DNA of 64,000 nucleotides from Candidatus Poribacteria bacterium (GTDB lineage: Bacteria; Poribacteria; WGA-4E; WGA-3G): positions 288,001 through 352,000 of the forward strand of contig CAXXUA010000013.1 in assembly GCA_963663765.2 (NCBI GenBank), given 5' to 3'. The notes below the pieces were generated by a model, which saw nothing but the letters and a program-made list of their open reading frames with translations, was not told where the DNA came from and made no database searches. Numbering within the stretch: the stretch's first letter is position 1; every line of letters starts with the position of its first letter. Positions 1 through 9,616 of the stretch are shown here, in pieces. Both the position numbers and the translations under genes were made by a program.

Positions 1-2472
1 AATTTCTTCATCACCCATCTTCGTTTGTCTGGCGGCAACTTCAAACTCTTCTATATGGATTGAGGTGAATGTGTCGTCTTTGATAAGGGATTCACTTATC
101 AGGATTGAGTCTTCAAAATTATGTCCACCCCAAGGCATATATGCACAAAGGATATTTCTACCAAGTGCTAATTCACCACCTTCAGTAGCAGTACCATCCG
201 CAATAACATCCCCAGCTTCCACAACATCACCGATATTCACACGGGGACGTTGATGTATACATGTACCACTATTGCTCCGTTTGAAGTTCTTAAGTTTATA
301 TACATCGTATCCCATTTCACTAAAGCCATGTTCACCCTCTTCCAAATGCAGTGCTTGACCAGTTCGGATAAGCACCTCTTCCGCATCAACACTGGAAACA
401 ACACCACCACGGTGTGCAACGACCATTGCATTTGCATCCCGCGCTGCCCGGTGTTCCATACCTGTACCGACCCAAGGCGCTTCTGGACAGATTAAGGGAA
501 CTGCTTGTCGTTGGTGGTTAGCACCCATAAGCGCGCGGTTTGCATCCTCATGTTCCAAAAAAGGAACAAGTGCAGCTGAGACACCGACAATCTGTTGTGG
601 CGCTATTCCAATGTAGTCTATATCTTCGAGATCACACTCAATGATCTCCTCACCCTTTCTACTCCGAAGCGTGGATAATTTATTCCTGGGAGAAATAGCA
701 TCTGCAGGTGCGATGTGATATCTGTCTTCTGCATCTGCTGTTAGAAACTCAACATCTTTAGTTATTTTACCTTTGCGAACTGCACGATATGGAGTTTCTA
801 AGAACCCATAAGGATTTACCCTTGCAAAAGTTGCTAATGAGACTATGAGACCAATAGACGGTCCTTCAGGCGTTTCCAATGGACAGACTCGACCATAGTG
901 TGTACGGTGCACATCACGTACAGCTGCAGTAGCACGATCACGGTGCAATCCACCTGGTCCAATCGCGGAAATCCTACGTTTGTGTGTAAGTTCGTCTAAA
1001 GGATTTATCTGCTGCATAAATTGGGAAAGTTGGTTTGAACCGAAAAACTCTCGAAGTGAACTCATCAAAGGTTTCGGATTCACCAAATTCTTGGGGTTTT
1101 TCAGTTGCGCATCCGAAGTGGAACTCAATTTTTCACGTGCTGCGCGACGTATCTGCAGTAGAGCAATTCTGAATTGATTCTCAAGAAGCTCTCCGATGAC
1201 ACGTACACGACGGTTACCAAGATGGTCAAGATCATCTACCAATCTAAGTCCATTGCGTATGTCCATTAGGTGTTGTAAGGTTGCTGCAATGTCTTTGGGA
1301 CGCAGCACACGAATGTCTTCTTTTGGTATTTCTCCAGATTCATCAGGATACACAGTAGAATCACTGAGTTGTGAATTCAGTTTGTATCTACCCACGGTGC
1401 CTAAATCATAACGTGCCCCATCAAAAAAGAGACGTTCTAAACATGTAGAAGCAGATTCACGTGTGGGGGCATCACCCGGACGAAGCGTCCTAAATATCTC
1501 AAGCAGTGCACCTTCTTGTAATGTACCCCCTGCATAAGCTTTTACAGTGTCCCGAGAAAGAGTGTTTCGTAGATATCTCAATTCTTGTTCGTCTGTTTCT
1601 ACTAATACTTCAATCTTTTGTACTTTTGCTTCTGTCAGTCTGTCAAATTCTAATTCTGACAACTTCGTATTTGATTCAAGGAGTACCTCGCCAGTTTCTT
1701 TGTCTATAACAGGATCAACGATAATACGACCAATTACATCTGGAGACAGTTTCACCTCTTCAGAACTACTGAACAATCTTAGTATATCTGCGTCAGTTTC
1801 CCAACCGAGAGCCCGTAAGAGAACTGTTGCTAATATTTTCTTTTTACGATCCAATCGCACGTGAATACAGTCCTTTGAATCAAATTCAAACTCTATCCAA
1901 GCACCACGGTATGGAATAATTTGACCTGTTGGTAATTTCTGAACACTTGTTGCACTTGATTTATCAAGGAATATCACACCAGGTGATCGTTGTAACTGAT
2001 TAACAATAACACGTTCCGAACCGTTTATGATAAAAGTGCCATTTTCAGTCATCAGTGGGATATCACCCAGATAGACTTCGGATTCGGTAATGTCAAGAAC
2101 ACGTGTTTGTCCTGTGTCTTCATCTTTTTCACGTTCAACACACATCAGACGTGCTTGTAATCTTACTTGATAGTTCAACCCACGTGCCTGACAATCCATT
2201 AGGTCGTGTGTTGGAGGACTCAAAGTATAACTGACAAATTCAAGACTTGTTGTCTCTTTGAAATCATATATCGGAAAAACTTCTTTGAACAGTGCTTGCA
2301 GCCCAACTGACGCGCGTTCGTTTTCTGGAACATTACGTTGTATAAATGCGGCATAAGAACGTTTCTGAGTTTCAATAAGATTGGGCAGGTCAATTACCGA
2401 AGGGGTTTTAGAAAAGGAGACGCGCTGACGTAACGCTGCAGGTCTTCCATTCGTTGTTTTATTTTTAGGCAT
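1..2472 (-). CDS. rpoB: DNA-directed RNA polymerase beta subunit (5' part; runs off the window start)
   Basis: Manual translation: start [30 protein letters not shown]; motifs [90 protein letters not shown]. Confidence 0.98.
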   Translation of the reverse strand, partial: [824 protein letters not shown]

Positions 2473-2612
2473 AGATTTCCACCTTGCTCGGTTTGTAGAC
2501 GGTTTGAAGTTTCGCACGCTTATACTTTATTATTCGACAAGTTGATGATTCTCTTTATTAGCAAATAGTTAAGTAAAGGTTCTCGTTGTAAAAGAAATTC
2601 ACTTATTATGAT

Positions 2613-2734
2613 CAGGACTTACGCACCCAACGGTAGGCGTGCTTTGTAAGCGCGCCGGAAACCTAAAAAATGCTGAAAATTACATCGTTTTCGTCTTAAT
2701 TCTTAATTGGATCATGAAAACTGCGTAAGTCCTG
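2613..2734. mobile_element. MITE family A (terminal inverted repeat CAGGACTTACGCA), copy 1
   Basis: 13-bp TIR CAGGACTTACGCA/TGCGTAAGTCCTG; 5-bp TSD ATGAT (2608-2612 / 2735-2739). Confidence 0.9.
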
Positions 2735-3500
2735 ATGATAAAGGTATCAGTACTATTTCATTTTGCCTTAGATTACATAAACATTTTTTATCTTAGCACA
2801 GTACGGTATCATGTTGGATTGTGAGTAGCAGATGATAAACTATATCTCGCAACCAACATAAGTGGTTCATTTCACTTTGTCTTCACAAAAAATATGAATT
2901 CGTTGAAGACCGAATATTACAAATTTAAATACGGGGATTGTAATTTTTAGAGTTGACACAGTCTAATTGGGTTTGTCTTTTCCGATAACTAAATTGTCTA
3001 ACCAGTTGACAATTCGGTATCTTATGGGTTAATTCTGGTTTTAAGCAAACTATTTGTATGAATGTACTCTTCCTTGGAAATGGGTTTGATACGAATGATA
3101 ACAATAGGTAGAACATTAGACTTCTACAAACTTTCTTTGTTAACAGGAAGTCGGCGCGACAAATCACTTGACTTCACATACCCGACTGATAGGTAGATGA
3201 AGCACTTGATTACCTCCTGCACACATTAGATAATTGTGTTCACTGTTGTTATGATACAAAAACAGTTGCCTATTTTTTGAAGAAGGTGTATACTTCCATA
3301 AAAGAAATTACCATGCCTACACTTTAGCAACTACCCAAAACCTTAACGTATTATTATACATTAATACATATAGTATTGTCAAGAAAAAATGCAAAATATA
3401 TTCGTTTTTCTCAATTTCTTTACACCCTCATTCCCTATTTTCTACAAATAATTTGGAGCAATGCAAAAAACGTTTACTAAACTATCAATCTGTAAAAATT

Positions 3501-4031
3501 ATGAGTACAATTATTGAACAGTTACCTGTTAAAACGATCATCGGTGTTCTCACAGCAGAACCTAAAATCTTACCTACTGTTTATAAACAACTTACTCACC
3601 AATTTGGTCCCATTGACTACAAAAGTCCAATCATTCCATTTACATGGTCAACCTACTACGAGAAAGAAATGGGTCATGAAATAAAACGACAATTTATCAG
3701 TTTTGAGAACTTGATGCATGCAGACACTTTAGGAAAAAAGAAGCAGTTGACAATTCAGCTGGAGCAAGAATATCTGAAAGAGGGCACAACTCACAGACGC
3801 GTCAACTTGGATGTAGGTTATATTTGCATGGCAAAATTAGTACTTGCATCTACGAAAGACAACGCCCACCGAATCTATCTTAGTGATGGAATCTATGCAG
3901 AAATAACTCTCAGGTACTATAAGAAAACCTTCCAACCGTGGGAATGGACTTATCCAGATTATCGTTCCACCCAATACATAGACATTTTTAACCATATTCG
4001 CACAATCTATAGGGAGCAACTCAATACATGA
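3501..4031 (+). CDS. DUF4416 family protein
   Basis: Motifs YYEKEMG, RRVNLDVGY, LVLASTKDNAHRIYL..GIYAE, WTYPDY. Confidence 0.85.
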   Translation: MSTIIEQLPVKTIIGVLTAEPKILPTVYKQLTHQFGPIDYKSPIIPFTWSTYYEKEMGHEIKRQFISFENLMHADTLGKKKQLTIQLEQEYLKEGTTHRRVNLDVGYICMAKLVLASTKDNAHRIYLSDGIYAEITLRYYKKTFQPWEWTYPDYRSTQYIDIFNHIRTIYREQLNT

Positions 4032-5221
4032 ACATAAGTGACATAATTCACAAAATTATGAATATTAGAAAAACCACGCGCTTGATATTAAGTTCCAAAA
4101 TTATTATTGTTTTGTCATTTTGCTGTTTGCTTTCATATATCACGAATCTAACAACAGCACAGGAAGCTAAAACTGATCGTATGCGTGCCCGTGTACTGGG
4201 TATCAACATTGGCACATTGGCTACAGGAGAATTTAACGCGATCACTGATGTTGATGGAGTTAAGGTAGGTCACATAACTTTGAACGAAGGTGCGTCTATT
4301 CGCACGGGTGTAACAGCGATCCTTCCTCACGATGATATATGGAAAAAACGTTATTTCGGCGCAGCACACACTATACATGGCAACGGTGAAGCAACCGGAA
4401 TCGCACGAATAAATCAAGCAGGGTGGATTGAATCACCTATATTGCTGACAAACACCTTGAGTGTTGGGGCTGTTCACGATGGCGTTGTGCGGTATATTAT
4501 CAAGCGATATCCTAACGACAACATTATTCTACCGATTGTTACGGAATGTTATGACGGTGGGTTGAACGACATCAGCGGTTTACATGTTAAACCTGAACAT
4601 GCAATCAATGCAATAGAAAATGCAAAATCTGGCAAAGTAGCGGAAGGTTGTGTCGGTGGTGGCACAGGTATGCGTTGTTATGGATTCAAAGCAGGTATCG
4701 GTACAGCTTCACGTGTGCTCCCGCAGAATAGAGGAGGTTGGAAAGTGGGTGTATTGGTGAACTCTAACGGAGGAAGACGGCACCAATTGCGGATTGACGG
4801 CGTGCCAGTCGGAAAAGCGTTAGATGATGATCAGATGGAACAAGGCAGGGATGGTTCGTTTATTATCGTTATCGCAACTGATGCACCGATGTCACATCGC
4901 CAGTTGAAACAGTTAGCAATGCGAGCAACACACGGTCTTGCACGCACAGGAACACCTAGTACTGACAGCAGTGGTGAGTTCGTTATTGCTTTTTCCACAG
5001 CGAATGTATTTCCAAGCAGCACTGAAAACGGCACATTCCAGATACAGATGGTTGTGAACAGACAATTGAGTACGCTATTTCAAGCCGCCATTGAAGCAAC
5101 TGAGGAAGCAATTATCAACTCAATGACAATGGCAACAACCACGACAGGTCGAAACGATAGAACTATGCCAGCAATCCCGCTGGATCAGTTGAGAAAAATT
5201 ATGAAACAGTATGGACGTTGA
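4028..5221 (+). CDS. DmpA-like P1 (S58) aminopeptidase, probably exported (true start may be further downstream)
   Basis: NAITDVDGVKVGH, RTGVTAILP, EGCVGGGTGM, autoprocessing G/S in DGSFIIVIATDAP, SGEFVIAFST; hydrophobic signal-like N-terminus. Confidence 0.9.
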   Translation: MNISDIIHKIMNIRKTTRLILSSKIIIVLSFCCLLSYITNLTTAQEAKTDRMRARVLGINIGTLATGEFNAITDVDGVKVGHITLNEGASIRTGVTAILPHDDIWKKRYFGAAHTIHGNGEATGIARINQAGWIESPILLTNTLSVGAVHDGVVRYIIKRYPNDNIILPIVTECYDGGLNDISGLHVKPEHAINAIENAKSGKVAEGCVGGGTGMRCYGFKAGIGTASRVLPQNRGGWKVGVLVNSNGGRRHQLRIDGVPVGKALDDDQMEQGRDGSFIIVIATDAPMSHRQLKQLAMRATHGLARTGTPSTDSSGEFVIAFSTANVFPSSTENGTFQIQMVVNRQLSTLFQAAIEATEEAIINSMTMATTTTGRNDRTMPAIPLDQLRKIMKQYGR

Positions 5222-5287
5222 GTAAATGGTGGGAATGATTCACTCAAGTGAATGCTTGACTCAGGCTTAACATTAGTAGTAAAATAT

Positions 5288-5387
5288 ACAACCTATCTCA
5301 AGAATGATAGAAGGGGTTTCTAACCCCGATTTACAGACCCACGATCTGGTCGAATTATACAAAATCACTGTTACTTGAGATACTCTG
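5288..5387. repeat. Small repeat element (family G) carrying a REP-like GGGGTTTCTAACCCCG hairpin
   Basis: TACAACCTATCT start and AAGGG(G)TTTCTAACCCCGATTTAC core also found at 33348-33394; imperfect inverted ends. Confidence 0.55.
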
Positions 5388-5461
5388 AAGTATATTTTTG
5401 GTTAGTAAAACGCACTAACACTGCTTTCTAAGATCTTTGGTGATTAATCATTTTACTTATA

Positions 5462-5616
5462 CAGGACTTACGCACAAAACGGTAGGCGGGAATGCCTAAA
5501 TGGCATTCATACCGTTGATTTGGCACTTTGTAAGCGCGCTGGAAACAAAAAATGTTAAACATTACACCATTTTCGTCATAATTCTTGATTTAATTATGAA
5601 AACTGCGTAAGTCCTG
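5462..5616. mobile_element. MITE family A copy 2, with internal insert
   Basis: Same TIRs as copy 1; extra GAATGCCTAAATGGCATTCATACCGTTGATTTGG segment; near-TSD TTATA/TTATG. Confidence 0.88.
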
Positions 5617-5651
5617 TTATGTTTTCATTTCTTGATAGTAAAGGAGCAAAT

Positions 5652-6479
5652 ATGAAACGTTATTTTTCTCTAATTGTGATATTAGTATTTGGTTTATTGT
5701 CGTTCAATACAAGTGCGCAACTTACCAAAGGTTTACATTTCTATATGCCTTTTGAGGAAGGTGAAGGAAATATTGCTAAGGACGTTGGTCCAAAGGGTTT
5801 TGAAGCAACTTTGCATGCTACTGCGAAATTTGTTGAAGATGGTAAGTATGGAGGAGCAATTGAGTTTTCTGCGGGTTCTGCAAAGATAGCCGAACCGGGT
5901 GGAAAAAGCGAGCTTTACACTGAGCATCTCACAGTTGCTGTTTGGATATACCCTTATGAAATATCAGCTGAAGCACTCGGTACCGGACACCTCTACGGGA
6001 ATATCTTTTTTCACAAGTCTGGTTCAAGTGATGATAACGTGGAATTTGGACTCGGCAACGGTCAAGGATTGTACTGGTATATCAATGCTGGTCAAAAGGA
6101 CATGGGGCCATTTGACGGGACTGATGTTGATATAACAATTCCTTTACCTGAATTGGGGATGCAGACAGACACTTGGTATCACGTCGTTGGCACTTTTGAC
6201 AGTGACAGCCTTCGTATCTACCTTGATGGTGAATTAAAAGGAGAGAAACCTGTACCCGCAAATGGTCCTGCGATGATCTGGAATGATAACCCTATTGAAT
6301 TTGGAGGTCGTGGCACTGCTGAGAATTCTTACAAAGGGTTAATGGATGAACTGGTTGTGTACGATCGTGCAATAACTGAGGATGAAGTCGTCAGAGTAAT
6401 GAACGCAAGAGATTTCTTTGCTGTTGATGCTGGAGGTAAACTGACAACAACTTGGGCTGATTTGAAAATGGGATGGTAG
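5652..6479 (+). CDS. Exported LamG-like jellyroll domain protein with C-terminal KLTTTW motif
   Basis: RBS AAGGAG, signal peptide, YMPFEEGEG, WYHVVGTFD..YLDGEL, GLMDELVVYDRAI, ends AVDAGGKLTTTWADLKMGW. Confidence 0.88.
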   Translation: MKRYFSLIVILVFGLLSFNTSAQLTKGLHFYMPFEEGEGNIAKDVGPKGFEATLHATAKFVEDGKYGGAIEFSAGSAKIAEPGGKSELYTEHLTVAVWIYPYEISAEALGTGHLYGNIFFHKSGSSDDNVEFGLGNGQGLYWYINAGQKDMGPFDGTDVDITIPLPELGMQTDTWYHVVGTFDSDSLRIYLDGELKGEKPVPANGPAMIWNDNPIEFGGRGTAENSYKGLMDELVVYDRAITEDEVVRVMNARDFFAVDAGGKLTTTWADLKMGW

Positions 6480-6537
6480 TAATTTATTGAATCATATGCC
6501 ATATTGCAATCTTGAAATAATATCTGATTCAATTAAA

Positions 6538-6719
6538 CTCTACTTACGCAAAAACGGTAGGCGGTGAATGCCTAAAGAAGCATGCGCGTATGGCATGCTC
6601 CATGATTCATACCGTTGATTTGGTGCTTTGTAAGCGCGCTGGAAACCTATAAAAAAGCTGATAATTACACCATTTTCATCATAATTCTTGATTAAAACAA
6701 GAAAACTGCGTAAGTCCTG
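6538..6719. mobile_element. MITE family A copy 3, with doubly nested inserts
   Basis: Degenerate left TIR CTCTACTTACGCA, intact right TIR, TSD TTAAA on both sides; internal insert itself interrupted by an AGCATGC..GCATGCT hairpin. Confidence 0.85.
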
Positions 6720-6889
6720 TTAAACTCAACTAAAGTACGCTTATTGTTTAGGAATAGTGTTGCTAATAATGAAATATCCGCACTCCTTGGTGTGATTTCA
6801 TCTTGACATTCCCTTCTGTCCCTTGTATACTTACACAAGAAAAATTTCTTAGTAATTGTATCAGTAAGTACAAATTATAAGGGTATGAA

Positions 6890-8113
6890 ATGAGACAATT
6901 TACAGATTCGGAGTTGTTAGAAATAATTTCAGAGGATGAAGCAGACCGTGTTGAGTTTAAAGAGTCATTGTCTGGAGATTCTCCTGGAAAAATCAGAGAG
7001 GACATCTGTGCCTTTGCTAATGATTTACCCAATCACGAAAAACCCGGATTCGTTTTTGTAGATGTTAAGAAGGACAAAACTATCGTAGGTCTACGGGTTA
7101 CAGATGAATTGCTGCTGCAGTTAGCGGATATGAAAACTGATGGGAATATTGTGCCACCACCATCTCTTACCGTAGAAAAACGTGTGTTAGAAGGGAAAGA
7201 AGTTGCGGTTGTTAAGGTGGAACCCTCCGATTCTCCCCCAGTTCGATACAAAGGTACTATTCGTATCCGTATAGGTTCCCGTCGAGACGTTGCCACGGCA
7301 CAAGATGTAAGGATCCTCAACGAAAAACGACGATATGGAGACCGTCCGTTTGACTTGTATCCTATCCCTACTTCCAGCATTTCGGATCTAAATTTAGGAA
7401 TGTTCAATTATGAGTACTTACCCCAAGCTGTTTCTCAAGAAATATTGGAACAAAATGAGCGCACCCTGAATGAACAATTGACGGCTACAAAAATGATCAT
7501 AGCAGATGATCAACCAACACCCACTGTACTTGGAATTCTTACACTCGGGAAGAATCCACAAGATTTCTTATTTGGTGCTTACGTGCAGTTTCTAAGAATT
7601 GATGGCGATGAACTGACAGATGAAATTATTGACAGTGAGGATATCCGTGGGGCAATTTCAGACCAAATTCGGCGCTTAGATGATAAACTCATCGCGCATA
7701 ACCGGGTTGCCGTTGATATTTTGTCCGGTCCTGTTGAAAAACGCACGTCACTTTATCCGATTGAGGCATTACAGCAGATTACCCGAAATGCTATTATGCA
7801 CCGGACGTATGAAGGTACAAATGCTCCTGTCCGTGTGTACTGGTTCAACGATCGGATTGAGATAATTAGTCCCGGAGGTATATTCGGTGCTTTAACACCA
7901 GAGAAATTTGGCAAACCAGGTATTACCGACTATCGGAACCCCAATTTGGCAGAAGCGATGAGGACGCTTGGTTTTGTGCAACATTTCGGCATGGGAATAT
8001 TAATTGCGAGAAAAGTTTTGAAAGGAGCAGGTCATCCAGAACCTATATTTGAAATTGATAATGCTTATGCAATCGCTACAATAAAAACGGTGTCAAATAC
8101 CAAGAGGACATAG
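6890..8113 (+). CDS. AlbA_2/Schlafen-domain plus HATPase_c_4 (RecG-C-like) protein
   Basis: E.DRVEFKES, ICAFAND, NAIMHRTY, DRIEIISPGG, YRNPNLAEAMRTLGFVQHFGMGI. Confidence 0.85.
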   Translation: MRQFTDSELLEIISEDEADRVEFKESLSGDSPGKIREDICAFANDLPNHEKPGFVFVDVKKDKTIVGLRVTDELLLQLADMKTDGNIVPPPSLTVEKRVLEGKEVAVVKVEPSDSPPVRYKGTIRIRIGSRRDVATAQDVRILNEKRRYGDRPFDLYPIPTSSISDLNLGMFNYEYLPQAVSQEILEQNERTLNEQLTATKMIIADDQPTPTVLGILTLGKNPQDFLFGAYVQFLRIDGDELTDEIIDSEDIRGAISDQIRRLDDKLIAHNRVAVDILSGPVEKRTSLYPIEALQQITRNAIMHRTYEGTNAPVRVYWFNDRIEIISPGGIFGALTPEKFGKPGITDYRNPNLAEAMRTLGFVQHFGMGILIARKVLKGAGHPEPIFEIDNAYAIATIKTVSNTKRT

Positions 8114-8115
8114 CA

Positions 8116-9153
8116 ATGCCTGTACCAGTTCTAACTTTTTTTAACAATAAAGGTGATGTTGGTAAAACATCTCTTGTTTATCATCTTGCGTGGATGTTGT
8201 TTGATCTTGGCTATCGGGTATTGGCTTGTGACCTTGATCCGCAAGCAAATCTTACAGCAGCGTTTTTAGACGAAAAACGTTTAGAAAGCCTTTGGGATGA
8301 AAGTGAATCATCCGCTAAACTCGGAGCCACAATCTTTGAGAGTGTAAAACCGTTGACAGAAGTTGGTGACCTGCTCCCACCATATCTTCAAAAAGTTACC
8401 TCAGAGTCACATCAGTCTGAAGATTTAAATCTGATACCAGGGGACTTAGCTTTAGCGGAATTTGAGGACATACTATCCGCTGAATGGCCAAATGCAATGG
8501 GTTCAAGTAGTTTGTATCGTCCATTCAGAATTTTGACAGCATTTTCTACAATTATGCAACAAGGCGCATCCGACATGGATGCCTCAATAATCTTAGTTGA
8601 CGTTGGTCCGAATCTTGGCGCGATAAACCGTTCTTCACTCATTGCAAGTGATTATGTAGTTGTTCCTCTAGGTGCTGATCTGTTTTCATTACGCGGGTTA
8701 CAAAACTTAGGTCCAACACTTAAACGATGGCGGCAGGATTGGAAACTTAGGAAAGACAATTGGGAAAGTCCTGATTTTGCGCTTCCTATAGGGAGGATGG
8801 AACCTATCGGATATATAATGCAGCAACACGGTGTTCATCTTGGACGTCCGGTTAAAGCTTATGACAAATGGGTTAATCGAATGCCAAAAGAATATGCTCG
8901 GAACTTATTGGAAGACGTGAAAGGTCCCTATCCTAGTACCCCGGAAAAAGATCCGCAAAATGCACTTGCTACAGTCAAACACTATCGAAGTCTTGTCCCG
9001 ATAGCGCAAGAGGCACGCAAACCTATTTTTCATCTCAAACCTGCTGACGGAGCAATTGGAGCCCATGCGACTGCTGCTCACAATGCATCCTTTGCCTTCA
9101 AAATTCTGGCAGAAAAAATAATAGATAGAATTGGAATTGCAAATGTGTTATAG
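8116..9153 (+). CDS. ParA/Soj-family ATPase
   Basis: FFNNKGDVGKT deviant Walker A, DLDPQANLT, ILVDVGPNLGAINR; 2 nt after the upstream stop. Confidence 0.88.
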   Translation: MPVPVLTFFNNKGDVGKTSLVYHLAWMLFDLGYRVLACDLDPQANLTAAFLDEKRLESLWDESESSAKLGATIFESVKPLTEVGDLLPPYLQKVTSESHQSEDLNLIPGDLALAEFEDILSAEWPNAMGSSSLYRPFRILTAFSTIMQQGASDMDASIILVDVGPNLGAINRSSLIASDYVVVPLGADLFSLRGLQNLGPTLKRWRQDWKLRKDNWESPDFALPIGRMEPIGYIMQQHGVHLGRPVKAYDKWVNRMPKEYARNLLEDVKGPYPSTPEKDPQNALATVKHYRSLVPIAQEARKPIFHLKPADGAIGAHATAAHNASFAFKILAEKIIDRIGIANVL

Positions 9154-9269
9154 ATGCAAATGAAATCTTGATTGTTCTTTATGTTTATTTTGACAGGTTA
9201 TATTGGTATATCAATTCCGGACAAAGAGACAAGACAAGATTCAATAAATTTCCCCATGCCATAGAACAC

Positions 9270-9580
9270 TTATTTAACTCCGGGAAAATAAGAATCGCGC
9301 AAGAGATAGTCCATATTATTAGCGTCTAATTCACTGGATATGATATCCCTACACCAATCCCATCTCTTTTCCTTACCTTCTATCATTTCAATCACGAAAT
9401 TGTGTTCCGCATCTTCCAAAATAGTATTAGTTTCTGGATCTGTCTGAATAATGTCTACAGTAATTTTTTCATGTATCTTTTCACGAACCTTATCTATATC
9501 AGTTTTATCGTATGTGAACTCATCCAATAAATGCTCCGAGACATGATCCGAGACATGACTAAAAGGTCCGTGTCCTCCGC
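9270..9580 (-). pseudogene. Fragment of HD-domain phosphohydrolase
   Basis: GHGPFSHVS..., IISSELDANNMDYLLRDSYFPGVK (cf. LDADxxDYLxRDS); truncated at both ends, small CCGAGACATG duplication. Confidence 0.7.
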
Positions 9581-9616
9581 GCCAATCCGCGATTCAGACA
9601 GTTATTTGTTGGACTG

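Noticed and set aside
65-1864. Several small plus-strand ORFs
   Set aside because: Antisense shadows of rpoB, which the ORF track missed because it runs off the window edge.
2925-3167. 80-aa ORF upstream of rpoB
   Set aside because: No recognisable motif or RBS; likely spurious.
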